Assembly: GCA_964016885.1 (NCBI GenBank)
Contig: OZ024743.1
Coordinates: forward strand, 165,416,001-165,480,000
Reading direction: 5' to 3'
Source of the DNA: Eledone cirrhosa
Taxonomy: Eukaryota
DNA length: 64,000 nucleotides
Of the stretch, positions 33,149 through 47,037 are shown piece after piece; position 1 is the stretch's first letter; the number at the start of each line of letters is the position of its first letter. The notes below the pieces were generated by a model. The model had not been told where the DNA came from and searched no databases. It was given only the letters and a program-made list of their open reading frames with translations. Position numbers and translations under genes: made by a program.

Positions 33149-34148
33149 TATTGTTATACTTTGGTAGGGTCATGTTGCCAATAAGAAACACACGCACCAT
33201 TGCTTTCACTCCAATTTATTATAAATTAAATTTATAAATTTAAGAATTTATAAATTTCCGGTTGGTTGGTTGGTTCCACAACCGGACGGTTGTTCATATA
33301 TTGTCAAAGTTCTTTCGTCACACATTCTGTGACCTCTTCAGTGAGTGGGGATTCTTCTCTTTGTTTTGTGCCTCTCCATTGTTCTGTCCTACGCCATCTT
33401 GTTTTTGTGTGTGTTGTGTTTTTCGTTTGCGCATGTGTTACATCCGGGTGACTGTGTGTGTTTTTATTTGTTTATTTATTTGTTTATTTACGTTACTGGT
33501 TTGTTGTTTGTTCTATGTGTGTGTGTTTTCATTTTGTCCGTAATTGTAAGTTGTGATGTTGCTATTCCATTCATGTTTTCTATTTAATTTTGGTTGGAGT
33601 TCATTTATGTATATTGCTTCTGTGATTTGTCTAAACATTCCGTCTTTTCTGTGTGTAGATTTTATTTCTATGTTCTCTAATTTGCCCTTATGTTCTATTT
33701 TAGCATGTTGGTGGAGTACTGATGAATCTTTTCTATCTAGAAGCTCTCGCCAGTGTTCATTTAAACGATTAAACACACATAGAACAAACAACCAACCAGT
33801 AAGATGTAAATAAACGAATAAATAAACAAATAAAAACACACACAGAGACCTGGATGTAACACATGCGCAAACGAAAAACACAACACACAAAAACAAGATG
33901 GCGTAGGACAGAACAAAGGAGAGGCACAAAACAAAGAGAAGAATCCCCAGTCACTGAAGAGGTCACAGAATGTGTGACGAAAGAACTTTGACAATATATG
34001 AACAACCGTCCGCTTTTGGAACCAACCAACCAACCGGAAATTTATAAAAAATGTTTAAATTTATAATTTAATTTATAATAAATTGGAGTGAAACAACTGG
34101 TGCGTGTGTTTCCTATTGGCAACATGACCCTACCAAAGTATAACAATA
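33149..34148. mobile_element. Palindromic PLE 3'-end fragment: inverted ~370-bp arms around a GIY-YIG C-terminus; hammerheads at 33303-33345 (-) and 33950-33992 (+)
   Basis: RLNEHW..SVLHQH..RQITEAIYINELQPKLNRKHEW (33513-33770 -); gtca-CTGAAGA-ggtcaca gaatg tgtgac-GAAA-gaac-TT-tgac. Confidence 0.88.
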
Positions 34149-34229
34149 TCGGTTTCAACACACGTTTTCAGATAAAGAATCTTGCTAAACAAATTCAGAA
34201 ACGAAATATATATATATATATATATATAT

Positions 34230-34839
34230 ATAATCAAGGTTTAGCAAATAAGAAAAAGTTTTAAAATAAATTTTAAAAAATTCACTGTACCTGCTATGGT
34301 TACATTTACCGTACGGTTTCGAGTTTTAAAAATAAATGGATAGTCCTTGCAGGCCTCGATTGAAAAGAAAAACCCTCGTCAGAAGGTTCTTTTCACTCGG
34401 AGAATATAAAATTCCCGAGTTCGAATTACGAACTGGCGCTATTCAAAATTGTTCCCGAGATGAGAATGAATGATGTGGAAGCAATTCTGTCCAGCGCCGT
34501 GTAGAAGATAGAAGGCAGTGGCGGAGAGGTCAATCTACTACCACTATAAATAGCAGCAGTCAAAACGACCAAATGTTATCTCGACCAAGGGGAGGTTAAT
34601 AATAATAAAGTATATATCCCTACACGCAAAATACATATAGGGACACATGTATTATCCAACGATATGCCAATGTGGTTCTATGGCAGGTTAATAAATTAAC
34701 GAGCCAGAACATATATAATCAAGGTTTAGCAAATAAGAAAAAGTTTTAAAATAAATTTTAAAAAATTCACTGTACCTGCTATGGTTACCTTTACCGAACG
34801 GTTTCGAGTCTCAAAAATAAATGGATAGTCCTTGCGGGC

Positions 34840-34842
<3 letters not shown>
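34230..34842 (-). mobile_element. PLE-type terminal repeat with hammerhead (34302-34387) and ~125-bp direct repeats
   Basis: acctt-CTGACGA-gggtttt...aaaactc-GAAA-ccgtacgg-TA-aa(t/g)gt; 34230-34357 matches 34716-34842. Confidence 0.72.
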
Positions 34843-34929
<87 letters not shown>

Positions 34930-37900
34930 GTCCTGGGCAAGGCTCCAGTTCTGGAGTTCAGGAGGTGTGGGGAATGTGAAGTTACCTCTTAGTTGTCATA
35001 ACTCCCAGGACTGCTCTGGCCCGGAGTAGTAGTACCTGTTAGGGCCCCATTTATGGGTTAAATAATTACCTTATTCGAGTGGCGCCAGTAAGTTATTGTC
35101 AGCCATTGAAAAGAAATATGGAGAGTCTATCTAACAACACTAGGGTTAGAGCCCCTAACTACACTGTCAAGGAACAGTCTGGTCATTATGACTCTGCTGG
35201 CTTAGAGCCACAGAGAGGGCCAGAGGATGATGGATCAGCTGTCTCTGAGACAAATATAAAGAATGCTATCTTGTCCTGCAGAAGAGCCATCAAAATGAGC
35301 ACTTTGAATGTGAGGACTATTCGGACGCTGGAGAAGAGAGAGGAGTTGGGTCATCCGTTCGAGGAGAGTGATAAGCATATACTTGCTATCCAAGAACACA
35401 GGATCCTACACGATGAGTCCGTGAGGAGTGTGATGATTGGGAAGATGAGCCAGCTCATCATCACATCGGCAGTGAAGAACATGACCAATGCTGCAGTAAG
35501 AGGAGTGGGTTTTGTTTTCAGCACAAAAACCAGTCAATTGGTGAGGGAAATAATACCTGTCTCCAAGCGAGTGTTGAGGGTGACCTTTAATTGTAACCCA
35601 AGACTGACAGTCATCTCAGCCTATAGTCCAACCGAAGGAGACAGTGATGTGAGTGCCGAAGAGCTCCATGAGGAGGTGTGTAGAGCTGTCAACACCACAC
35701 AAGCACACAACATCCTGCTTGTTCTGTGGGACTTCAATGCACATCTGAGTAAGGAGGGCTGTAAAGATCCTTGCTGCTACTTCCGTAACAACACCAACCG
35801 AAATGGAAGACTACTGAGAGACACCCTGCTGGAGGCGAACTTGATAGCGACCAACCTAAGGTTAGGAGGAATCCGGGGAAGATGTGGATCTACATCACAG
35901 ATATGCACCTGTCCAAGTCCAAGATTGATTTCATTCTGGTGAGGAAAAAGTGGCGGAATATAGTTCTGAACACAGAACCATACAAGTATTTCAGTACACT
36001 GGGTAGTGACCACCGATTTGTTATGAGTGAGCTTAAGAAAGAGCAAGGCTCAGCCCCGCAGAGCAATCTATGACTGGGGAACTTTAAAGGAAGATGATAA
36101 GCTACAGGAGAGGTTCACAGTAGAAGTGAGGAACAGGTTGAGTGCTCTGTGTGGAGAGACAGAGGCGAGAGAGATTGGATGGACTGAGGAGATTGTGACG
36201 AGGAGGTACGGGTACTTCACCAATGCAGTGGCGGAAGCAAGTGAGACCCTGGTGCCGAGGATAATGAACAAAAGGAAGCACATCAGTTCTGCAGACCCAA
36301 AAGTGTGTGCAGCCAGAGAACACCTGAAAGCTGCCAAGGACCAATTCTATGCTGATCCTACGGAGGAGAGGAAGGAGACTGTGGAGGTGATGAGGGAAGA
36401 ACTCTGTACCGCTTACACTGAGGCCAGAGAGGAGGCACTGATAGAGAAGATCAGACGTGTGGAGAGAGCGCTTGACAGTTCGGGGTGTAAGGAGAGCTGG
36501 ATGATCATCAACGAGATCATAGGGAAGAAGAGAAGGTGTTCGAGTCAGATCCAGGAACAGGGTCCGAGGATAGGAAGAGGAAATGGCTAGACCATTTTAG
36601 GACCCTACTAGGAGAGCCGCCCTCCACAGCCCAGAGCACTGGGGAGATCAGGCGGCTATTTGAAGAGCTGGATATTGAGACAGAGCCCTTCACCAGAGAG
36701 GAGCTTCAGAGCGTCAAGAAGAAGATCAAGGAGGGCAAGGCCCATGGAGTAGATGGAGTGGCATCAGAGGTGATGAAGAGGTGTGATTTTGATGATATCA
36801 AGCTGGGGTTCTTTAACCAGGCACTGGAGAAAGGAGTTGCCCCAAATCAGTGGAGGATCAGTAACATCGTCCCAGTGTCAAAGAAGGGAGATCTCTCTAA
36901 CACCAACAACTACAGGGGGTCTCACTGACGTCACTTGTGGCAAAGACCCTCAACAGGATGATTCTTAACAGGATCCAGCCCGAGATGGAGAAGAAGCTCA
37001 GGGACAACCAGAACGGCCTCAGTGAGGGAAGGTCAACCACCAGTCACATCCTGATGCTGAGGAGGATATTAGAGGGAGCTAGAGCAAAGTGCCTTCTTGC
37101 TGTCAGGGTTTTCATTGATTTTAGGAAGGCCTTTGATTCTGTGGACTGTCACTTCCTGATGAAGATCTTACAGGCTTATGGAATCCCCAAGAAGATAGTG
37201 GACCTGATATCACTGCTCTACATCAACACCAAAGCCCAAGTCATTACACCTGATGGGATGACAGAGTTCTTTGAGATACTAGCTGGAGTGTTGCAGGGAG
37301 ATACATTGGCTCCCTACCTTTTTATCATCGTAGTGGACGATTGCATGTGCCTTGCACTAGAGAAACACCAGGACTCTGGCTTTACTGTAGCACAGGCTCA
37401 GAGCAAGAGAGTTAAGGCGAAAAGGATATCGGATGCTGATTTTGCCGACGACATAGTTTAGGTTACAAACACAGTGAAGGAGGCAGAGGATATTATGCAG
37501 GAGGTTGAGACTGTGTCGATGAGTGTGGGGCTGAGAATGAATGAGATTAAGACAAAATATCTGGTAGAGAATATTGAGAAGCCAGAAGAGATTATTAATG
37601 TAGGCGGGAAGTCGCTAGAATTGGTTGAGGACTTCCTGTATTTGGGAGCAAAGATGGGGAATACGGAAGATGATATGGTCGAGAGGAAGAGCAAAGACTG
37701 GGCAGCGTGCCACAGCTTGAGATTAGTGTGGAAGTCGGACCTTCGTAAAGACCTGAATATCCGCCTCTTCCTTGCTGTAGTGGAGTCTGTGCTACTGTAC
37801 TGGTCTGAGACTTGGACACTGACCAATAAATTCACTCAGATGGTGGATGGGTGCTACACGAGAATGCTGAGGATGGCTCTGAACATTAATCAGTATACAC

Positions 37901-38047
37901 TGAGGATGAAAGACGCAGAGTTGTATGGAAGCCTCCCAAAAGTCAGCTCAAAAGTGACACAGAGGAGACTGAGGTTAGCTGGACATGCTCACCGACATCC
38001 AGAGTTGACACTGCACTCAATGCTCCTGTGGGAGCCCTTGCACGGAC
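34930..38047 (+). mobile_element. RTE-clade LINE, decayed (APE + RT), 3' end missing
   Basis: TLNVRT, IQEHR, AYSPT, DFNAH, IDFIL, SDH; KAHGVDG, DFRKAFDSV, VLQGDTLAP, DFADD, FLYLG, YWSETW; several frameshifts and stops. Confidence 0.93.
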
Positions 38048-38295
38048 ACAATGCTTGCACTATCTTTAATGCTTATAATATTTCTCCACACACAAACTAT
38101 ATCAATCATATAAAGAATTTGCCACCAGATCTACCAACCTAACACTCTTATTTACCTACCTAAGTGCCTCTACCACACATATCTCTCTGCCACACTATAT
38201 AAACAAGACGCACATGCGTGCCACACATATAACATTTGCACTATATAACCGCTTATCTTCATGTTGTATTTTAACCTATATTTTTGATTTTTGAT

Positions 38296-38341
<46 letters not shown>

Positions 38342-38361
38342 ATATATATATATAAATATAT

Positions 38362-38938
38362 ATGGTGGCTGCCAACTCGTTTACGAGTGCGGCCACTACT
38401 TTATATCCATGTAGGAGAACCCCTACCGATGCGCTGAACGAGTGTGACTTTTTAGTCCAGCCAGCGACTTGAAAACTCTGGTACAAACACTACACTTGTG
38501 ACAATTATTGACACATAGTGCTGGGCCCATGGTACCATGTGACGACAGGTGCAGAGAGAGCTCCAGATATAAAGCAATGCCTGTGCCGTGAAGCTTTTAT
38601 AGTGAGCAAAGGCACTGCACAAAGCCAGTCCCACTCTCTTAACCAAGATGATATTTACCAAAAAGAAGAACAAGTCAACATCATTGGATACCATCAGGGT
38701 TGCAGGTGTTATATCAGAGTTTTCCTTCTCCTAGAATTCTGCTTTGACAAAGGCTAAGGGGTCATCTCTCCCGGTGATTTTGGATGGCCATTGCCCTTTA
38801 AGAGCTCCTTTGCCCTTTGACAGGTTTTGTTTTTAGTCCTGCAGGATGTCCAAAGTCACCCTTCTCACCAAGAAACCTTGGTGGGGTTGCCAGTTTAGTC
38901 GCCAACGACCCGACCATGGACAACGACCCGACCATGGG
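38362..38938 (-). mobile_element. Short RTE-derived non-autonomous element (leader-like part plus LINE 3' end)
   Basis: Minus strand 3' part translates HKCSVCTRVFKSLAGLKSHTRSAHR* (C2H2-type tail of RTE ORFs), short UTR, then (TA)n; 17-bp duplication at the 5' end. Confidence 0.55.
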
Positions 38939-39057
38939 ACATATATATACATACATACGTACATATAAATATATATATATATATACATACGTACATATAA
39001 ATATATATATGAATTTGTTTTGCAACATTTTTTGTATGAAATCGTGTCGAAACAAAT

Positions 39058-40076
39058 ATTCTTATACTTGGCAAGGGTTATATTGTTGTAATAATATTGC
39101 CAGAAATAATAAGAGAACACACTCACTGTTTGGTTGGTTTTCGCTTCTGTATCTTTTATATCTCCATAGTTAATTTATTTGGCAATCAATAGCCCTTTGA
39201 GAGAATACCCACTGTACAAATAAGAAATGTGTTATATGTAAAATGAACCCCCAGATAAATTGTAAAACTAGAACTGTAGTCTATCGCATAAGATGTACAG
39301 AGGGTACTTGCAGAATCATGACGTACATAGGCGAGACAGCTCGAAGCATAGGAGAAAGAATAGACCAACACCGGGGGGAACTAAAGGAAAAAAAAACGAT
39401 TCAGTAATATATACATGACAGTAATATAGACAACATAGAAATTAAAATAACATCTAAGCTTAGAAATGACTCTACAGGTAAGCAAATCAGAGAAGCAACT
39501 GAGATATAACTAAGAAAACTGAAGTTGAACAGAAAGAACGAATGGAATAACAACAACCATACCCAAACAAACATTACTGACTTAGGGGAAATGTAAATGA
39601 ATAAATAAATAAATAAATAAATAGATATATACACAGGTACAATAACAACAAACACATATAAACACACACTAGTGAACAAGATAGAATGCAAAAATAAAAA
39701 CACATACACTCAAACGCGAACACACACACACACCAAACATTATACACACACGCAAACGCATGCGCAGAGACAGAGACAAGTAGAAATAAATAAATAAAAT
39801 AAAAATGGCGTAGACATTACAATACAATAGGAGGTAACATAATAGTACCACTGATGATGTTGCAGATGTGCAACGAAAGAACTTTGATAGACTATATATA
39901 TATATTTATATCTGTATTTTTAACTGCTGGTCAATCAATGATAAACATTGATTGCCAAATAAATTAACTATGGAGATATAAAATATACAGTAGCGAAAAC
40001 CAACCAAACAGTGAGTATGTCCTGTTATTATTTCTGGCAATATTACAACAATATGACCCTTGCCAAGTATAACAAT
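39058..40076 (+). mobile_element. PLE 3'-end fragment (family of 28583-31712) with inverted terminus; hammerhead 39848-39888
   Basis: GIY-YIG remnant (gtagtctatcgcataagatgt...ataggcgagacagctcg); CTGATGA-tgttgca gatg tgcaac-GAAA; 39058-39187 inverted relative to 39950-40076. Confidence 0.85.
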
Positions 40077-40109
40077 ATATATATATATAAATGTATATAT
40101 ATATACACA

Positions 40110-40277
40110 CAATTACGAGACCCTACCACAAGACAGATACCACTCAGTGCACATCTAGCCATATGCGCACGCGTCTTCCCACTTTATCTTTGGGCTGACA
40201 ATACAACAGAACAAATACGAATAAATAAGGAAAATATGTTTATTCAAAAATATAGACTAGCATTAAATATAGTTTAA
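40110..40277 (+). pseudogene. Probable PLE GIY-YIG C-terminal remnant
   Basis: QLRDPTTRQIPLSAHLAIC...RINKENMFIQKYRLALN fits the H..C....R..KE..FI.....LN tail pattern. Confidence 0.55.
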
Positions 40278-41284
40278 TATACATTATGTTAACACCATAA
40301 CATGCTAACCATCCAAACAGAGACATGCATACACACACACATAACACCTTCTATACTCGAAAACAAAAATCAGAGCTCAATAAACCTTAAGATACGTTAA
40401 TACTCTAACACCTTAACATGCTAACATGCTAACATGCTAACATGCTAGTCCAGCCTCCTGTTATTTTATTTTATTTATAATTAACTCCGTATTCTCACCA
40501 CCAACTACACAAACGAAGATGGGTGAACTGCACTCCGTTGAGTACTCTTCACAATATTACACCAGGATTGACCATACGGAATGACCAGTTCTATCCAGTG
40601 GTGAACCAACAAACCTAAAGAAATAATGCTCCCCCCATAATGTTGAGCACTTCCAGATGTAATATTGAACAGCGGCACTGACTTCAGTGTACAGCTATCG
40701 TCAGCATGGAATTAACTGCTCTACTTACCATTCGGATTTTGGTTGCTCTGTGCTTTATCTGCCGCCACCTGATGCTACTTCCTTGTCGGGAAGAATCCGA
40801 TTCCGACAAAACTCTCCGTATTATACTAAAACATGTATTGTATTGACTGAATTCTCTACTCTATACCTCAGGACTTTTTTGACTCACACTGAATTCGGAG
40901 ACCCGAACTTTACACTAGGTACAACCTGTTACCATTCCATCTCCTCCATCCTCTATATCTATATGTTCAACCTGTATTATCTTACTACAACTTGATCTAT
41001 ATTGATTCTTATTTACCTTTATTAATTTTTTCATTAATGTATATATTTTTAACTTTTTTATTATTTTATTAATGTATTTTTATCAATGTATTCTATCTCT
41101 ATATTTGTATTTTATCTTTGTATCCTGCTTTTATTATTTTTTTGTAACTTTCCTTACTCAGGCCATTATGCACCTTTCATAGCCCCCTACCCACCTAAGA
41201 ACCACACTACTTATAACCCGGACTAACTGGGACTTTAAAATAATTTTGGTCTATTTGCACTTTTCATTGGGTTGCTACCTTCGA

Positions 41285-41445
41285 CATGTGTGGTGGCTTT
41301 TCCCGGCTGCGCGCTGGGCACTCGGAAAGTTCAGCCTTCCTTGAGTGCTTGGAAAAATAAATTTCTCCTCTCTCAGTAAACGAAATTACTCGGAGCGGCT
41401 TGCTTTGCCCAGGTCCCACCGCGCCGCCTGTTTTGGCCGCCATAT
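41285..41445 (+). ncRNA. Conserved GC-rich stem-loop motif (unknown function)
   Basis: tgtggtggc/gccgccata, cgcg/cgcg, ctgggca/tgcccag, gagtg/tactc nested helices around cttggaaaaataaattt...gtaaacgaaa. Confidence 0.6.
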
Positions 41446-42270
41446 TATACCTGTACCTATAAACTCCAGGTTTAGGCATAACTATTAGCTGTATCATGCC
41501 TCTACTGGCACGTAAATAAATCCCTCATGTGTGATTTAATAGTATTCGTTTGGTATAGACGATGGCCTGTCGAAATTGTGGAGTTCCCGCTAACGCTCCC
41601 GAGGCCTGAGGTAGCTACGTTCCTAGAGTACTCGAAAAATTTAAATTCCATTTCTTTCGCTGGACGATACCACTCGAGACTGGCTGACTCATGGTGGGGT
41701 GCGGTGGGGAGGGGGGGGGGCTGGCTGGGACTCCCAATCGAAATCTTTACTCTATATTCCATCCTAATATCTTATCGAGATAAATTTTTTCATATAAGAC
41801 TCTCTCCGTAAGTTCATTAAATAAATAAATCTCGCTACCTTAACCTTCTCTAATAACTTATTTTTTCAATTTATCATTTTTCAATTTAATATTTTTAATT
41901 TAATTTAATTTCATCCTATAACTCGCAACATAAGTTTAACGTTCCAACCTTCGGTTCACACATTATACCATACAAACACCCATTATAGATTCTTTGGAGT
42001 AGCATTTTTTCGCGGCATTTTCTAGCATGAATGTAGTGTGACCCTTACACTGACTTCTTTCTCCCTTTCTTTCTTCCCCTTTTTCTTAGACGGAGAGGTG
42101 GTAGTGCATTATAAGCCTTCACCCCCTCACCAGATATTCATTAGTAGATTCAGTTGCCACCACTTTGAGGGCGACTGGCCGAGCAGCTAGTTGGTCAGTC
42201 GTCCTCTTTGTCTCTGTCTCTGATATTTCGGACTCATGGTTTTTTTTACATATTCCTTTGTTATATTCCA

Positions 42271-42328
42271 ATACCTGATGATATCACCGGATTCATATGG
42301 AACCCGGTCATTGAAATGATCATAGTAT
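42271..42328 (+). ncRNA. Type I hammerhead ribozyme
   Basis: atac-CTGATGA-..accgg..ccggt..-GAAA-tgatca-TA-gtat; predicted cleavage after 42324. Confidence 0.85.
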
Positions 42329-42572
42329 AATCAACTTGTGATGTGACCAATCCTGGTGATTATCTCTCTGACCATATATGGAATTACCCCTTGATAAGTT
42401 CGGCTATTTAAATACCAGAATTAATTTTTAATTCAGTACAGAATTAGCCGTCGAAACGGCTTGAGCTCAGCCGTCGGGGTCTTACTTGTTCCTATTACCC
42501 ACTCTACTACCCTAAGTATTGAGTACTTTGGTGCGTTATGGTCCACCTGGTTCCTTACCACATTTTCTTCGT

Positions 42573-42610
<38 letters not shown>

Positions 42611-42656
42611 ATAAAATAAAAGGAGGCTGGACTTGTGTAAATCCTTGAAAGGTTTA

Positions 42657-42802
<146 letters not shown>

Positions 42803-42869
42803 ATGTGTGTGTGTGTGTTATATATTAGTATTGCGAGGTTTTTGATATGAAATCGTGTGTCGAAACAAA

Positions 42870-44089
<1,220 letters not shown>

Positions 44090-44090
<1 letters not shown>

Positions 44091-44951
44091 TCCGTGTAAT
44101 TTATGCACGGAGGAAACATTACAAATACTGTTTACGAAGGACCAACTCCTAAACAATAAAGACGAACTTGTAACTGCATGTAAACACGATTGCGTAGGAC
44201 TTACCTCGCCCTCAAACCCCTAATGACCCTGATGGGTAGAGAATGGCTGCACCATCCTTCTTTCCCCACTTGCCGAACAAGATAGGGGAAACCCCAGCTA
44301 ACATAGGTAGATGTACTTCTTTTCTTTTCCCTTTTCTTTACTTCTTCCCTTTATCCCTTCCTATCACTTTCTTCCACTCCCTCTCCTCTTCATTTTCTTT
44401 TTTTCCTTAATTCATATATATATTAATTCTTTATAATTATCTCCAAATTATTTGTCGAGCAATATTTGCCTAGACTGCTGCTATGGTAGCAGGCAGGACG
44501 TCTTCTTAACAAACCACTTTCCACTGATTAACCTCGATGTCACGTGATTGATTCTTTTTGAATTTGCCACCAACGCAGTAGGCAGTGATTTTCTCAATGG
44601 TTAGGAATTCAGTCCACGCTTTGCTATTTTCTATCCACTGAATTATTTTTGTATAAGTTTTCCAGAGTCCACGCTTTGCCTGGAAACTTAGCTGAGAATA
44701 GACTTCCCTGACGACGAAATGATTCTCTATATCTTCTTCGGAAAATATATTTATTCCATTTCAGAAACTAATTAGTTGGGAGTGAAATTTTAGTAAGTAA
44801 GTTTATTTTATAATTTTCTTATTTTACGTCTCTCATATTATAGTTCTGCAACCCCATGCATTGAACCACAATGTTACTAAGACAAAACCTATATATTTGC
44901 TAGCATTGATATGCATCTGTATGTATATATATGTTACTAGATATATTAATT

Positions 44952-44960
<9 letters not shown>
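44090..44960 (+). mobile_element. Naiad-like PLE 3' end with hammerhead-like motif 44696-44756
   Basis: CNLCTEETLQILFTKDQLLNNKDELVTACKH; CTGACGA-cgaa..ttcg-GAAA-ata-TA; homologous to 24690-25378. Confidence 0.75.
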
Positions 44961-44995
<35 letters not shown>

Positions 44996-45047
44996 TATAA
45001 TGAAATGACAGGAGGCTGGATTTGTGTAAATCCTAGAAAGGTTTATT

Positions 45048-45105
45048 ATACTATGATCATTTCAATGACCGGGTTCCGTATGAATCCGGTGATATCATCA
45101 GGTAT
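45048..45105 (-). ncRNA. Type I hammerhead ribozyme
   Basis: Reverse complement differs from the 42271-42328 motif only in the stem II loop. Confidence 0.85.
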
Positions 45106-45664
45106 TCGAAATATAATATGTGAATGTAATAGATAAAATCCATGGGGCTGAAAATCGAGGACCCGAGGGCGACCGCTATTCTGCTCCTTCAACCTCAGCC
45201 GGTCGCCCTCGAGTGACGTGGCTAAAGTTTACAGTGTGCTACTACCGGTCAGATAAACGAAAACAGAAAGGGATGGGAACATAAGTTAGCGTCAATCTCA
45301 TGCCACAAGATAAAAGAAAGAAAGGAAGGAGAGAGAAGAAGGGGGAAGGAAGAAGAAGAGAAGCCAGGGTTAATGTCAGCTATAAGAAGAAAGACAACTA
45401 CTACCGGTCAGATATAGGCAAACAAAAGGGGGAAGGAAGATAAGTCTGCGGGAGGAAGACAGGAAGAGGGGAGAAGAGAAGGAAGAGAAGAGAGAAGTAG
45501 AAAAGTAAGGGTTGATGGCTACAAGAAGGAAGATAGAAAGAAAGAGGAAGAAAGGTCGATATTAATGTCAGACCACAGTCAGGCCAGGAGTGGCGCGAGA
45601 AAATTTTCACAGAGACCCGCATCTTAGCAGAGGTGAATATATTGGGAGTCAGTGTGTTACAATG

Positions 45665-47037
45665 TTTAGACTTATAGGATGAAGTTAAAAAATCAATAAT
45701 CTATATTCAATATTAAAGAGGTTAGAAAATTTAAAGTTAAACAGTTTAACATTTTCAGGTTGATATATCTAATAGTTCCGATTTGTTCTGTAATTTAAAG
45801 GTTAAAACACCGGCCGCGCTCCGGGCCCCAGGGCGAATTAAGCTACGCCGAGTATTTTCATTTACCGAAAGAAGGGGAAATTTATTTTTCCAAGCACTCC
45901 AGGTAAGCCCGTGCGCCAGGGGGCCGGTCGCGCCGCCATTAAAACCCACCCAACAGTCCGACAGAAAGTTGGAACCTTAAAATATTGCTTAACTTTATAG
46001 GATGAAGTTGAAAGAATTCAGAATAACATTATAAAATTAAAGAGTAAGAAGATTGAGAATTGAACAAACAGAAAATTGAAAATTATAATGTGTGAGCGGA
46101 ATTTTGGAACGTTACGTTTTTGTTTAGACTTATAGGATGAAGTTAAAAAATTAATAATCAATATTCAATATTAAATATTAAAGAGGTTAGAAAATTTAAA
46201 GTTCAACAGTTTAACATTTTGAGGTTGATATATCTAATAGTTCCGATTTGTTCTGTAATGTAAAGGTACTATGTGGCGGTTAAAACACCGGCCGCGCTCC
46301 GGGCCCCAGGGCGAATTAAGCTACGCCGAGTATTTTCATTTACCGAAAGAAAGGGAAATTTATTTTTCCAAGCACTCCAGGTAAGCCCGTGCGCCAGGGA
46401 GCTGGTTGCGCCGCCATTAAAACCCACCCAACAGTCCGACAGAAATTTGGAACCTTAAAATATTGCTTAACTTTATAGGATGAAGTTGAAAGAATTCAGA
46501 ATAACATTATAAAATTAAAGAGTAAGAAGATTGAGAATTGAACAAACAGAAAATTGAAAATTATAATGTGTGAGCGGAATTTTGGAACGTTACGTTTTTG
46601 TTTAGACTTATAGGATGAAGTTAAAAAATTAATAATCAATATTCAATATTAAATATTAAAGAGGTTAGAAAATTTAAAGTTCAACAGTTTAACATTTTGA
46701 GGTTGATATATCTAATAGTTCCGATTTGTTCTGTAATGTAAAGGTACTATGTGGCGGTTAAAACACCGGCCGCGCTCCGGGCCCCAGGGCGAATTAAGCT
46801 ACGCCGAGTATTTTCATTTACCGAAAGAAAGGGAAATTTATTTTTCCAAGCACTCCAGGTAAGCCCGTGCGCCAGGGAGCTGGTTGCGCCGCCATTAAAA
46901 CCCACCCAACAGTCCGACAGAAATTTGGAACCTTAAAATATTGCTTAACTTTATAGGATGAAGTTTAAAGAATTCAGAATAACATTATAAAATTAAAGAG
47001 TAAGAAGATTGAGAATTGAACAAACAGAAAATTGAAG
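45665..47037. repeat. Three tandem ~478-bp units, each with the GC-rich stem-loop motif
   Basis: tttagacttataggatgaag at 45665, 46123, 46601; period 478 for units 2 and 3. Confidence 0.95.

Larger units (their letters stand above)
40450..42330 (+). mobile_element. ORF-less hammerhead-bearing element, copy A (~1.9 kb)
   Basis: Collinear patchy homology to the reverse complement of 44995-48370; ends in a hammerhead. Confidence 0.75.

Noticed and set aside
34985-35050. Twister ribozyme in the RTE leader
   Set aside because: Only superficial TAACTCC/GCCCGG similarity; conserved loop-4 and pseudoknot residues not found
45783-46936. Repeated 61-65 aa ORF (VKTPAALRAPGR...) and the similar ORF at 41264-41497
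   Set aside because: Non-ATG starts in copy B, and the frame is not preserved between copies A and B (GNLFFQAL vs GEIYFSKH); conservation is at nucleotide/structure level
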